Virus record (IMG/VR): IMGVR_UViG_3300031860_000003
Coordinates: 1-48,532 of that record
DNA length: 48,532 nucleotides
Strand: one strand, 5' to 3'
From: a virus
Lineage: Duplodnaviria; Caudoviricetes
Positions 1-10,539 of the stretch are shown here, one piece after another (position 1 is the first letter of the stretch; each line of letters begins with the position of its first letter). A program made the position numbers and the translations under genes. The notes beneath the pieces are model-generated. The model was not told where the DNA came from and made no database searches. It saw nothing but the letters and a program-made list of their open reading frames with translations.

Positions 1-1
1 T

Positions 2-3000
2 CGCGATATCCACCTTGCCGGTGCCCAAGGTGACCATCCACGGCGGGATCTGGAAGTGATACGTCCCGGCGGATAAGTATGCCGCCGATACCGCTGAGTA
101 TTGGGAGGTGCCGGGCGACCCGCTGAGTTGTAAATAGGGGATGCTGGACGAGTACTGCACGGGGCCGCTGCTGCTAGGCGGCGGGAGGGTGGCGGGCGCT
201 ATCCCGCCGCTGGTGCTGAGATTGCGGGTCAACGCCATCTGCCCGGCGGGGAACACACCCGGCTGTGGGGTCACCTGATGCTGGACCCCGGCCACCGAGT
301 ACGCCCCGGTACCCACCATGATCATTTCAGCGACGTAGTAGTGGCCGGGCTGGGTGGTGACGTAACTGGCCGAGGGCAGGTTGTAGGAGTTCCACACCAG
401 GGTCGGTCCGGTGCTGATGCTGGCGTGAATATCGGGTGAGGCGTACATCAGGGTCTGCGCCCCGGTCGTGGTGCTGATCGAGTAGATGTTGAGGTAGAAG
501 CCGCTGATAGTGCCGGTGGCGTTGCCGCCGAACCAGCGGATGGATTCCTTGATCCCGCCGTCCGGGGTGGCGATGATGCCGCATGCCGGGACGTTGTTGG
601 TCAGGGTGATCGTCGGGGTGGTGGTCCCGGTCAGCGCCGCGAAATTGAACACCGAGTCGCCGGTAGGGTCGATGCCCGCCGAGATGGCCTTCTGGCCGCT
701 ACGGGCGATCAGGTTGTTGTTCGCCTGAGTGGCGATGCTGTGGGCGCTGTCCAGAGTGCTGACGGCATTCGCCTGGCCGTAGCTGATGGCGGGCGGCGCG
801 ATGTCGCCGCTGCGCGCCGCCAGGCCGGAGGGGTTTCCAACAAGCCCGTCGTAGAGAGTGTTTGCGAAGCCCTGGATGGACGACAGGGCGTTGCCCATGC
901 CCCATGTGGGCGGCCCGGTGACGTTGGGTAGGGGTACGGCGTTGAGCACCGTCTGCACGGCGTTGATGTCGGAGCCGATAAGGCTGGGGATGCCGCCCAG
1001 CGTGGTGACCATCGCTGACTGCAACTCGGTCTGCGCGGCGGTGGTACCGCTGACCAGCGAGGCGTCCAGCGTTCCGGCCCACCCGGCGGGCAGGCTGGGG
1101 ATCAGGCCTGGGGAGAGCAGTCCTGAGATGATCTTGGAGGCGTCGAGACCCGCGACGTAACCCGCGCTGAGAATGCCACCGGCGCTGATCCCCTGTAGCC
1201 GGTTGGTGATCGGCGTGATCGAGCTGGGGATATCAGTGAAGCTGCCCAGGCCCAGCGCGTTGACCAGGGCGATCGCGTCCGTTTGCAGCATCCGGGCGAT
1301 CATCTGGGTGTTGATGTTGCTCAGCGTGCCGGTCAGCCCCGCCGTCCAATCGGTGGAGAACAGCCCGGTCTTGGTGATGGAACCGTCGTCCCACTGGATC
1401 GTCCCGGCGGTGACCGACGGCATCACCTGCAGCAGCAGCCGCACCGAGTCCACCCCGGCTGGCACCGTGTAGGTGCCCGACATCTGCTGCCAGCTCGCAG
1501 TCCCGCGCGAACCGGCCAGCAGCGGGCCACCGATGCTCGCCAGATCGACGACGCTCTGCAGCACCCCGAGCAGGTAGCAGGCCAGCGACAGCTTGAAGCA
1601 CGTCCCGGTGCCCGTGCACCCAGTCCACTGAATCCAGTGCGAGCAGGTCAGCGTCTGGCCCACCGACACGAAGCAGGGCGGGTCGGAGAACAGTTGCCCC
1701 AGTGTGCCGTTCGCGATCGCCTGCACCGCGCCGGAGCCGTCCGCGGTGTGGCTGATCGAGGAGATCCACGACCACATCCCGCCAGCGTTGACTGACGCCC
1801 CGGTGGCATATGTCGCGTTGGACAGCAGGTTGGGCAGGAAGTTGCCGATCTGGCCGACCGACAGGTTCGGCAGGCTCCACTGCCCGAAGATGCCCGAGAT
1901 GATCTTGGAGGCATCCAGACCCGGGATCTGCGGGGGGCTGAAGATGCCGGAGGTGATCTTGCTGGCGTCCAGGCCGGGGATGTTGATCGCGGGCACGGCG
2001 AACCCGGCGCCCAAAGGGGCCAGCGGGGCCAGCAGGTTGGTCGGCGCCAGCATCGTGTTGATGAAGTTGATCACCGCGTTGACGCTGTTGAACGGGATGG
2101 TGAGCAGCGCCGAGCTGGTGGTGCCCAGGATGGATTCCAGCGAGTTGATGTAGTTGGTCAGGTCGGTGATCGTCCCGGCGGGCAGGTCGGTGATCGCGGT
2201 GATGATCTGCTGGGTGCTGCCAGCCTCCACTCCGCCTAGCGCCGTTCCCAGGTCGCTGACGAGGTTGGTGACCATCGACTGGGCGAACTGGCCGGTGGCG
2301 ATCTTGGTGGCGTCCAGCGCCGGGACGATGGTCGCCAGGATCGGGGTCACGATGTTGACGCCGGGGATCTGCGTCAGCCAGTACTGCATCGTGGTCAGCG
2401 TGTTCCCGCTGGGCGGGCCGCCCTGCGAGTTCGCGACGGCGTTGTGGATCTGCGCCAGGCCCGGCACGAACGAGTTGGCGAACACCCCCGACGTGATCTT
2501 GGAGGTGTCCAGGTTGGGCAGGTTGATCTGCGGGATGAAACCGGACGCGTCCAGCGGGGCCAGCAGACCCTGCGGGATCAGCATCGTGGTGATGAAGTTC
2601 TGCACCGCGGTATCGGGATGGAACAGCCCCGACGTCAGCGGCGGGAAACCCAGCATTTGCAGCAGCTGCGAGAAGTACGTCTGCACCTCAGCGGGGGTGC
2701 CGACGCCGGGCGGGAACCCGACCGTGGACAGGATCGAGTCGATGATGGCCTGCCCGCCCCCGACCGCCTCGTTGATCAGGTTGATCGCCAGGTTCTCCAT
2801 CGGGATAAAACCCTTGAGACCCAGCTTGATGGTGGCATCCTCCGCCAGGCCGGCGACCAGCCCGGTCGGCCACATCATGACCTTGATGAAATCGGCCACC
2901 GCCAGCTGCGCGTTGAACCCCTCCGATGTCAGCGGCGGGTTCGCCAGCATCGACATCAGGTCGTTGAACATCTGGTTGACCTCGTTGGCGGTGCCGCTGC

Positions 3001-3556
3001 CCGGCGGGAAACCGATGGAGCCCAGAATCGCGTCAATGACGGCCTGCGCGCTGCCCAGCGTCTCACCGATGATGTCCATCGCGATGTTCTCGATCGGCAC
3101 GTACAAGCCCGGCAGCCCCGCCGACGTGGAGGCGTCCTGCACCAGGAACGCCAGCAACTCGGTCGGCTTGAGCTGGCCGGTGACGAAGTCGTGCACGACC
3201 GTCTGCGCCTGGAAGTCGACGGTGCCGAAAAGCCCGACGCCGACCCCGACGAACGACTCGATGTCGCGGAAGTATTGGCCGAGGTAGGGCCAGTTGAGCG
3301 GCGAGAGCTGGTCGAAGACGTTCGGCAGGTTCGCCAGGTCCTTCAGCAGCTCGGCGAGCGGGATGCCGAGGATCTGGCCGATCAGCTCCTCCAGCAGCTG
3401 CAGGAACTGGTTCGAGGCACCGCGGGCCTGCTTGCCGATGACGTCCTGCAGGCCCTCGTCGAGCTGGTTCAGGGGATTCTTGTTGACCTGGAACAGGTTG
3501 GTGCCGGTGATCGGGACTTGCCCCGAGAACAGGTCGATCGCGCCGAAGGCCGCCAT
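2..3556 (-). CDS. Large minor tail protein, runs off the left edge (>1180 aa)
   Basis: Manually read open frame from ATG 3556 (MAAFGAIDLFSGQ...); absent from the ORF track because no stop lies in the window. Repeated LD(A/T)(S/T)KI(I/T/A)(S/T)G motifs typical of mycobacteriophage minor tails; a CBM/galactose-binding-like segment (WQQMSGTYTVPAGVDSVRL). Confidence 0.85.
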   Translation of the reverse strand, partial: MAAFGAIDLFSGQVPITGTNLFQVNKNPLNQLDEGLQDVIGKQARGASNQFLQLLEELIGQILGIPLAELLKDLANLPNVFDQLSPLNWPYLGQYFRDIESFVGVGVGLFGTVDFQAQTVVHDFVTGQLKPTELLAFLVQDASTSAGLPGLYVPIENIAMDIIGETLGSAQAVIDAILGSIGFPPGSGTANEVNQMFNDLMSMLANPPLTSEGFNAQLAVADFIKVMMWPTGLVAGLAEDATIKLGLKGFIPMENLAINLINEAVGGGQAIIDSILSTVGFPPGVGTPAEVQTYFSQLLQMLGFPPLTSGLFHPDTAVQNFITTMLIPQGLLAPLDASGFIPQINLPNLDTSKITSGVFANSFVPGLAQIHNAVANSQGGPPSGNTLTTMQYWLTQIPGVNIVTPILATIVPALDATKIATGQFAQSMVTNLVSDLGTALGGVEAGSTQQIITAITDLPAGTITDLTNYINSLESILGTTSSALLTIPFNSVNAVINFINTMLAPTNLLAPLAPLGAGFAVPAINIPGLDASKITSGIFSPPQIPGLDASKIISGIFGQWSLPNLSVGQIGNFLPNLLSNATYATGASVNAGGMWSWISSISHTADGSGAVQAIANGTLGQLFSDPPCFVSVGQTLTCSHWIQWTGCTGTGTCFKLSLACYLLGVLQSVVDLASIGGPLLAGSRGTASWQQMSGTYTVPAGVDSVRLLLQVMPSVTAGTIQWDDGSITKTGLFSTDWTAGLTGTLSNINTQMIARMLQTDAIALVNALGLGSFTDIPSSITPITNRLQGISAGGILSAGYVAGLDASKIISGLLSPGLIPSLPAGWAGTLDASLVSGTTAAQTELQSAMVTTLGGIPSLIGSDINAVQTVLNAVPLPNVTGPPTWGMGNALSSIQGFANTLYDGLVGNPSGLAARSGDIAPPAISYGQANAVSTLDSAHSIATQANNNLIARSGQKAISAGIDPTGDSVFNFAALTGTTTPTITLTNNVPACGIIATPDGGIKESIRWFGGNATGTISGFYLNIYSISTTTGAQTLMYASPDIHASISTGPTLVWNSYNLPSASYVTTQPGHYYVAEMIMVGTGAYSVAGVQHQVTPQPGVFPAGQMALTRNLSTSGGIAPATLPPPSSSGPVQYSSSIPYLQLSGSPGTSQYSAVSAAYLSAGTYHFQIPPWMVTLGTGKVDIA

Positions 3557-3560
3557 AGGC

Positions 3561-5063
3561 TCACCGCCCGCGCCGTCTGGTTCCGCCTGCCAGCGCCGGC
3601 GTCATCATCATCGACGGCTCGCTGACCGGGACCACCATCACGAAGCCCTGCGCGTCGGTCGGGCTGAACTGATACAGGCCGATAGCACCGTCGTTGAACA
3701 GGTTGAAGTACAGGGTGCCCTCGGCCGGGTTGGAGTGATTCGCCGGCACCACCGCCAGCCCGTTGGTCGGGGTGATCGCGTTACCCGGATTGCTCGGATC
3801 GGAATAGTGCGGCATACAGTTCACTTCGCCCAGGTCGTTGCCGAAGCCGCGGCCGATCAGCGCGCCCGACGTCGGGTCGCCCAGGCGGATCTCCACACCG
3901 ATCTGCAGCGGGTTGGCCGAGAGCTCGAGGCCGAACGCACCGAGATGGCCCCACACCACCGGGGTCCACGGAAAGGCTTGCGGCGGAATCGGAAACGAGC
4001 CGATCGCGGCGCGCTGGGATAGGCCACTAAAGCCGGTGAACGAAGCCTCCGGCATGGAGTAGGGCGAGGGGATCAGCTGGGAGATCGCCACCGGCACCCA
4101 GACCGGGTAGTTCACCGTGGCACCGTTGGTGGCGGGCGGGGTCGCCAGTGTGCCCGTCGCCCCGGTGTCGGCGTAGGCGTTGGTGGTGACGGTGGCGATC
4201 AGGTGGTTCTCGCCGCCCGAGGCCAGGCCGCGGTAGAGGTTGTAGCTGTCCGCGCCCGGCACCGTGTCCCAGATCAGGTTGGCGGTCGATCCGGTGCCCA
4301 CCGTGGTCGAGCACTCGTTGGACGGAGTGGACTCCCCGGCCGCCGAGTTGACCGTGACCATCCAGAAGTATTCGCCGGACAGGCTGCCGCCGGAGGACAG
4401 GTGCGACACCGCCAGCCCGGTGGGCGGGCTGAGGTGACCGGCCACGGTGCGCCCGGTGTAGCCCAGCACGTCGCCGGGTGCCACGCCGCCGGACAGGTCG
4501 ACGTCGGGGCACAGCGCCATCGCCGGCGCCGGCCCGGTCGGGCCGACCGGGATGGACAGGTTCATGTTCCACGTCGGATACAGCGGGGTGCCGCCGATCG
4601 GGTCCACGTAGGACGCCATATCGGGCGGGATGATGTCCACCGACGGGGTGATGATCGGGCACGGTCCCGGCGGCCCGGGGGTGCCCAGCATGACCCGCCG
4701 CCAGCTCAGCCCGTACCAGATGTAGGCCGACGCCCCGATGATCGCGCCCTTGGAGTCCACGTCGTCGAGCAGCCAGAACTTGCCGATGTCGGCCTGGCTG
4801 TTCTGCAGCGTCTGCGGCAGGTCGCTCGGGTCGTCGACGCTCATGTCGTTTTCGAGCTTGAGCGCGAACGCCGCCGGGCCGGGCACGCCCTGATCGCCCA
4901 CCACCGCCGGGAACACCAGCGACCCGATGTCCCCGTAAATCTCGTAGGTCCCCGAGAACGGGGACTGTGAGTCGGGCGGGATGACCGACCCGAACAGGTA
5001 GGTGCCGACCAGGTAGGAGGCCACGAAGGACTGGTCGCCGGGGGCCGAGAGTGAGGTTGTCAT
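3561..5063 (-). CDS. Minor tail protein with short collagen-like GxxG motifs and an FN3-like insert
   Basis: 500 aa; GTPGPPGP; PPTGLAVS...YNLYRG...YADTG FN3-like pattern; position after the hub gene. Confidence 0.8.
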   Translation of the reverse strand: MTTSLSAPGDQSFVASYLVGTYLFGSVIPPDSQSPFSGTYEIYGDIGSLVFPAVVGDQGVPGPAAFALKLENDMSVDDPSDLPQTLQNSQADIGKFWLLDDVDSKGAIIGASAYIWYGLSWRRVMLGTPGPPGPCPIITPSVDIIPPDMASYVDPIGGTPLYPTWNMNLSIPVGPTGPAPAMALCPDVDLSGGVAPGDVLGYTGRTVAGHLSPPTGLAVSHLSSGGSLSGEYFWMVTVNSAAGESTPSNECSTTVGTGSTANLIWDTVPGADSYNLYRGLASGGENHLIATVTTNAYADTGATGTLATPPATNGATVNYPVWVPVAISQLIPSPYSMPEASFTGFSGLSQRAAIGSFPIPPQAFPWTPVVWGHLGAFGLELSANPLQIGVEIRLGDPTSGALIGRGFGNDLGEVNCMPHYSDPSNPGNAITPTNGLAVVPANHSNPAEGTLYFNLFNDGAIGLYQFSPTDAQGFVMVVPVSEPSMMMTPALAGGTRRRGR

Positions 5064-6663
5064 GGCACCACCCTTTGTGCGGTTGCTTGCAGGAAGCCCT
5101 CCCCGGAGAACAGCGGATAGGCCACGCCCTGTGGCGGTTTGGCGATCGGCCCCATCGGCTGCACCATGACGAACAACTGGGCCGCGGACGGGTTGAAGTC
5201 ATAGACCCCGATCTGGCCGTCGTTCCACAGGTTCGTATAGAGGGTGCCCATCGCCGGGTCGGTGTGGTTGGCCGGCACCACCGCGTAGCCGTTGGTCGGG
5301 GTGAGGGAGCGGTTCCGGTTGTTCTGGTTGTTCGCGCTCGAGGAGTAGTGCGGGTAGATGTTGATCCGGCCCAGCGTGTTGCCGATCCCGCGGGCCACCT
5401 GGATGCCCTGGGTGGGGTCGCCGAGCAGCACCTGCGCGCCGATCCGGAACGGATCGCCGGTGATGAATTCCAGCACGTCGTTGATCAGGTTGCCGCCGGA
5501 GTCGATGATGCCGATCACCGCCGACGACAGATCCGGTGGGATCAGGTTGGTGATGTCGGTGACGATCGGCGCGATCACCTGGGCGCCCAGCGTGTTGACG
5601 AACTCCAGCAGGGTGTTCGCCGCGCCCTGCAGGGTGGCGTTGATGTTGTTGACACCGACCGTGACCAGGTTCTCCAGGAATCCCTCGATGGTGGCCGGGT
5701 CGGCGTTGTAGGGGATCGGTGGGGTGGTGGCGCCGCCGACCGACAGGGTGAACGTGCCGCCCAGCGCGGTCACCTTGAGCAGCTGCTGGACGACGCGACC
5801 TGGGTGGTGTCCGTGCCGCCCAGGTGACCCCACACGATCGGCGTCCACGGATAGGGCTGCGGCGGGATCTGGAAGGAGCCGACACCGACCTGCTGGGCTA
5901 CCCCGCTGTAGGAGGCGAACGAGCCCTCCGGCATCGACCAGGTGGTCGGCAGCTGCGCGCCGATGCCGCCCGGGGCCCAGACCTCCTGGCCGGCCGCGGT
6001 GTAGCGCCCGGTGAACATCATCAGGTCCCCGTTGACCGGCGCGGCGGTGATTTCGTCGACGTCGGGGAAGTCGAAGATCGGGGTGGTCTGCCCGCACTGG
6101 CCGGCCGGGGCGGCCAGCTCGAACTCCCACGTCGGCGAGAGCCGCGGCCCGGAGGTGTTGACGAAGGACTTGTTCGGGTTGTTGCTCTCGTCGTAGGGCG
6201 GGATCAAATCGACGATCGGGGTGATGGCCGGCACCGGACCCGGCGGCCCGAAGCTGCCCATCATCATCCGGCGGTAGGCGGTGCCGTACCAGATGTACAT
6301 CGTCTGGCCGATCACCTGGCCCTGGTCGTTGAGGTCCTGCAGGACGTAGTAGCGCCCGATGTAGTCGGGGTTGTTGGGCAGCGGGACCAGGTCGGCCTCG
6401 GAGTTGACGGTGGGGTCGACGACCTCGCGGACCTGGAAGCCGATCTGGCCGGGCGGCCCCTGCGGGCCCTGCAGCGCGGCTTTGTCCAGGTCGCCCTGGT
6501 CGGCCATCACCTTCAGCGCCGCGGTGTAGCCGTTCGGGGTGTCGGGCATGGTGGTTTCGGCCGACACGTCCAGCTTGACGACGCAGTGGCCCAGCGGCAC
6601 CAGCTCGCCCAGCTGCGGCGGCGCCGGCGTCGGCACGCCCAGCGGATCCATCAGCGACGTCAC
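5060..6663 (-). CDS. Minor tail protein paralogous to 3561-5063, split by a 1-nt frameshift near 5795
   Basis: N-terminal part in ORF 5770-6663 and C-terminal part in the frame of ORF 5060-6670; both halves are collinear with the 500-aa neighbour. Confidence 0.8.
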
Positions 6664-7355
6664 GGCTCACCTCCGTGTCCGTTGGTGGACACCGAGTCGT
6701 GTGGACAGGACTCGTTTGGCTCCAGGGCCCTGCCGCAGACCGAGCAGACCCACTCCTCGGTGATCACCGGCGTGACCGCCCAGCCGCCCAGGTCCTGGGG
6801 CGGGTCGCCGTCGCGCTGCGCGGCCAGCCGCCGGGTGTCGGGCGGCAGATGGTGATCGCTCGAGCGGTGCTCGGGCAACAGTTCCTCGGCGGCGTCATCG
6901 GCGGCGCGGGCGTCCACCCAGGTGTAGGCACCCTCCGTCACGCCGGGGCCGCCGTAGTGGCGCTTCTTGATGTAGCAGCGGCCGCTCGAGCGGAAGCCCA
7001 GCAGCGCCAGCGTCCAGGCGATCGCCACCTTGGGCTGCGTCATGTGCACCCCGGACAGGTCGACGACGTGCCCGTCGGGGTCGTTGGGGTAGTCCAGGTT
7101 GTGATAAATCTCGATATAGGCGGCCTGCACCTTGAGGATCTCCTGCGCGCGCTTGCGCTCCTCGCCCTGCAATCCGGCCTGCTCGATGGTCTTGGGCGTC
7201 AGCTCGCCGTACTCGCCGAACTGCAACTTTGGCACCCCGCGCGAGCCCGCGTAGGGGTTGGTGCCGGAGAACCCGTAGCGCGAGCTGCCGATGCGGTTAT
7301 TGGAGCGCCCCGGCCCTTGCCGCGGTACGCCTTCCACTATGTTCTCGTCGTCCAT
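6660..7355 (-). CDS. Tail-region protein, possibly mycobacteriophage gene-29/DUF2744-like
   Basis: 231 aa, coupled to both neighbours; AWTLALLGFR segment and synteny. Confidence 0.55.
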   Translation of the reverse strand: MDDENIVEGVPRQGPGRSNNRIGSSRYGFSGTNPYAGSRGVPKLQFGEYGELTPKTIEQAGLQGEERKRAQEILKVQAAYIEIYHNLDYPNDPDGHVVDLSGVHMTQPKVAIAWTLALLGFRSSGRCYIKKRHYGGPGVTEGAYTWVDARAADDAAEELLPEHRSSDHHLPPDTRRLAAQRDGDPPQDLGGWAVTPVITEEWVCSVCGRALEPNESCPHDSVSTNGHGGEP

Positions 7356-9335
7356 TTATGCCTCGAAAATCGTTCCTTCTCCGGCCACCTCGGAAATGAG
7401 CCCGTACACGGCGGCGATGGTCTTGAATGCGGCGGCGAACGGATCGGATTTCTTCTTGTCCTCGCCGATCTTTATCGACACGGTCAGCGGTTTATCCCAC
7501 GACCATTCGCGTTTGATCCCGTACACGTTGTCGACGTAGATGATGCCGTTCTCCTCGAAGCCGACCCGGTCCCCGAGCTGGTAGTCGATGTTGGCCATCC
7601 ACGGATGCCCGTCGATGGTGTCGGCCTTGAACGCGGCGAAAGCCCTTGTCTTCCAATCGGCGTCGCGCAGCGTCAGCACGGACGCCAAGGTGTAGGCGGT
7701 GCCCGAGCCCTGCTCGAAATGCTCCTGCCAGGCCATGTCGCCGGCGATCAGCGCCCGGGCCGGATCGGTGTAGCGCTCCCAGGCCAGCAGGGTATTGTCC
7801 AGCTGGCCTTGATAGAGGTTGTCCAAACCGGGAGTGCCCGGAGTCTGCGCCTGACCGGGTATCCCGTTCTGCGTCTCCCACAACGAGATATAGGTATTGA
7901 TCACGTCGGACAATTGCGAGATGCCGTAGCGGATCGCAAAGGTGATCGCTTCATTGACAATGACCGGACTCTTGGAGCCGGTCATCATCGTCTTGACCGC
8001 GCCCTTGTTCCAGGTCAGGTCGGTGTTGATCATCCCGTTGTATTCGCCGTCCCACCAGATCACCTTCGGCGGCGCCGGCGCCACGTCCAGCAGCGCCTGC
8101 AGCAGGTCGGTCTGACTGACCCCGGCCGCATCGGCGAGCGTCTCTCCGTTCAGCGTGTTCGCCACGTCGTAGGTCTGACCGGTGGTCGGGTTCACCAGCA
8201 CCGGGGTCAGCAGGTCGTCGAGGGTGACCGCCACCGTGGAGATCAACCCGTCCGCGGCCGTGCCGGTGGGACCGGTGATCCCGTCGATCTGCTCGAAACT
8301 GCACACGCAGCAGTTGCGGATCGGCGCGGTCAGCGCGTTGATGTCGCCGCCCAGTTGGTCCACCAGGTTGGCGTCCAGGCCCAGCAGCCCCAGCACGTCG
8401 GCGCCCAGGCTGAGCAGGTTGGCGAGCTCGACGTTGGGGGAATCCGGGTCCGTGGTCAGGTAGACATACCAGCGCATGATGCAGCCCGAGTCGGTGAGCA
8501 CGTCCTTGAACGACTTGTACATGTCCGTCCAGGTGGCGCCGATCGCCGACCAGCGGGACTGGTCGAGCACCGGGTCCACGAACGCCACCTGGATGGGCCA
8601 CGCCAGAGGCGAGAAGTTCAGCAGCGCATCGGGACCGAGCGGGTTGATCCACTGCGCCGGGTTGAAGATGTTGGTGATCGTCGACCAGATCGGCATGAAC
8701 AGCCGGCCCAGGTTGACGAACGTGGACAGCGCGCAGATGGTGCGGCACGGTCCCGGCAGCACCCACATCCGCGGCAGCTGCACCTCGGGCGGGAAGATCG
8801 GGTTGGCCGCGATCAGGATGCGCTTGGCGTGCTCGTAGAAACTCAGCGCCGTCAGGGTGATCTCGTGGATACCCTTGTCGTCCTTCTTGACATGGATCTC
8901 GGTGACCTTGCCACCCCAGCGGGTTCTCCAGTCCTGCTTGGTCGGGATCGGGTCGATGAGCAGGTTGAGGTCGGTGAGCAGGTTGGTCTGCACCGTCATG
9001 TAGTCGGTGAGCCAGTTGTCGTAGAGGATGGTCACCGTGCACTTGCCGGTGTCGTCCATCAGTTCTTCCATGCTCACGTCGAGCTCGCCGTCGAGCTCCT
9101 GGAGGATCTCGATGTTGGAGTCGGCCAGCCGGATCAGCGGCTTCTGCTTGCTGCTCATCAGGGTGGTCAGCCGCACCCCGTTGAGGTAGGCCGCGGTCTG
9201 ACACGGCGCGCTGGCCAGGTCGGGCTGCTCGGGCACGCCCGGCGTGGGCAGGTGCTCGTCCACCCATTCGGTCAGCCGCATCCCGATGGTGGACTGCTGC
9301 GGCAGCAGGCCGATGCCGGACAGGAACTGGCTCAT
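7356..9335 (-). CDS. Minor tail protein (Gp37-like / hub)
   Basis: Start MSQFLSG at an ATGA overlap; RWGGKV, ANPIFPPEVQLPRMW and DYQLGDRVGF motifs of actinophage hub proteins. Confidence 0.85.
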   Translation of the reverse strand: MSQFLSGIGLLPQQSTIGMRLTEWVDEHLPTPGVPEQPDLASAPCQTAAYLNGVRLTTLMSSKQKPLIRLADSNIEILQELDGELDVSMEELMDDTGKCTVTILYDNWLTDYMTVQTNLLTDLNLLIDPIPTKQDWRTRWGGKVTEIHVKKDDKGIHEITLTALSFYEHAKRILIAANPIFPPEVQLPRMWVLPGPCRTICALSTFVNLGRLFMPIWSTITNIFNPAQWINPLGPDALLNFSPLAWPIQVAFVDPVLDQSRWSAIGATWTDMYKSFKDVLTDSGCIMRWYVYLTTDPDSPNVELANLLSLGADVLGLLGLDANLVDQLGGDINALTAPIRNCCVCSFEQIDGITGPTGTAADGLISTVAVTLDDLLTPVLVNPTTGQTYDVANTLNGETLADAAGVSQTDLLQALLDVAPAPPKVIWWDGEYNGMINTDLTWNKGAVKTMMTGSKSPVIVNEAITFAIRYGISQLSDVINTYISLWETQNGIPGQAQTPGTPGLDNLYQGQLDNTLLAWERYTDPARALIAGDMAWQEHFEQGSGTAYTLASVLTLRDADWKTRAFAAFKADTIDGHPWMANIDYQLGDRVGFEENGIIYVDNVYGIKREWSWDKPLTVSIKIGEDKKKSDPFAAAFKTIAAVYGLISEVAGEGTIFEA

Positions 9336-10471
9336 CGCGACCTCTTGAAGCGCTGCGGCACGACGGCCAGGATCTGCCCGTTCGGTTCGCTGTGCGCCAC
9401 CGTCAGGTTCACCACGGTCTGCGGCGGGATCGCGAACATAAACTTCCCGTTCCAGGTCAGCTGCAGCGGCAGCCCCTCGTTGGCGATGCCGGACAGGAAG
9501 AAGTCCAGGATCATCGACTGGCGGATGATGTCGAAGATCAGGTTGTCGGTGGGGTCGTTGGCCGCGGTCAGGGTGCGGTGTCCCGGCTCGGTGTCGGCCA
9601 TGTACGTCCCGACCGCGGGCTGGGTGAACGGCAGCACCACCAGCCGGGTGGACTCGTTGTCCTGCACGATCGCCTGCCCGGGTGAGCTGACGTAGAACGT
9701 GACGTAGGACGGCAGGTCGCCGCGGTTGGCGATCGGCAGCGTGCCCCAGTGGTACATGGGCAGCCCGGTGATCTCGTCGATCAGCGTCACCAGCGGGGAC
9801 AGCAAGCCGGAGAGGATGCCGCCGCCCGCCGGCGGGGCATACGGTGCGGCGTTGGCGCCGGCGGCGTCGAACAGTCGGTACAGCGCGGGCTTGGTGAAGT
9901 ACGGGCGGGCGGCCACCCAGGTCAGGTCCCACTGGCTGGCGTTGTTGCCGAACGCGGTCGGGTCGATCTTCTGCGGGCTCTTGACGGTCTCGGACGGGCG
10001 CACCGGGATCCAGCGCCACCCGGAATAGCGGGTGTAGACGCCGAACCAGCCGTCGTTGGATTCGTCCTGGCCGGCCCACCAATTGTCCTCGGCGAGGCGG
10101 TACTGGTACTCCGTCATGGGCGGGGCCTGCGAGCCGATGACGATGCCCAGGTCGAACATGCGCTCGGGGATGTTCTGGCGCTCGATGGTGGCACCGAACA
10201 TGTACGGCGAGTTGACCAGGACCTGCTTGTAGGGCCACTGCTGGTCGCCCGACACGGTGGTCGCCAGCCGCACCCCCTCGCGGCCCTTGGACGGGCCGGC
10301 CAGGTTGAAGATGCGGTCCTGCGGCGGGGTGATGTAGACGGCGTGGGTCATCATGCCGCGCACCGGCGGCGGCAGCTGGTCGAAGCTCACCGGCTCGACG
10401 AGCTGCGGGAGGTAGGCGGTCGAGGTGGTGCCCGGCCACAGCTGCGGCCCGACGATCGGCGCTGAGGTCAT
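9332..10471 (-). CDS. Distal tail (Dit-like) minor tail protein; alternative start GTG 10543
   Basis: First gene after the tape measure; FNLAGPSKGREGVRL, SGWRWIPVR and NRGDLPSY motifs. Confidence 0.8.
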   Translation of the reverse strand: MTSAPIVGPQLWPGTTSTAYLPQLVEPVSFDQLPPPVRGMMTHAVYITPPQDRIFNLAGPSKGREGVRLATTVSGDQQWPYKQVLVNSPYMFGATIERQNIPERMFDLGIVIGSQAPPMTEYQYRLAEDNWWAGQDESNDGWFGVYTRYSGWRWIPVRPSETVKSPQKIDPTAFGNNASQWDLTWVAARPYFTKPALYRLFDAAGANAAPYAPPAGGGILSGLLSPLVTLIDEITGLPMYHWGTLPIANRGDLPSYVTFYVSSPGQAIVQDNESTRLVVLPFTQPAVGTYMADTEPGHRTLTAANDPTDNLIFDIIRQSMILDFFLSGIANEGLPLQLTWNGKFMFAIPPQTVVNLTVAHSEPNGQILAVVPQRFKRSR

Positions 10472-10539
10472 CCACGGCGTCACGTCGCGGCCGCGGTGTC
10501 CGTTGGTGGACACCGGGGCTGCGGCACTGCGCGAGATTC

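Noticed and set aside
1-330. Diversity-generating retroelement variable region in the tail gene
   Set aside because: Slightly AT-richer, but no template repeat or reverse transcriptase is seen in the window.
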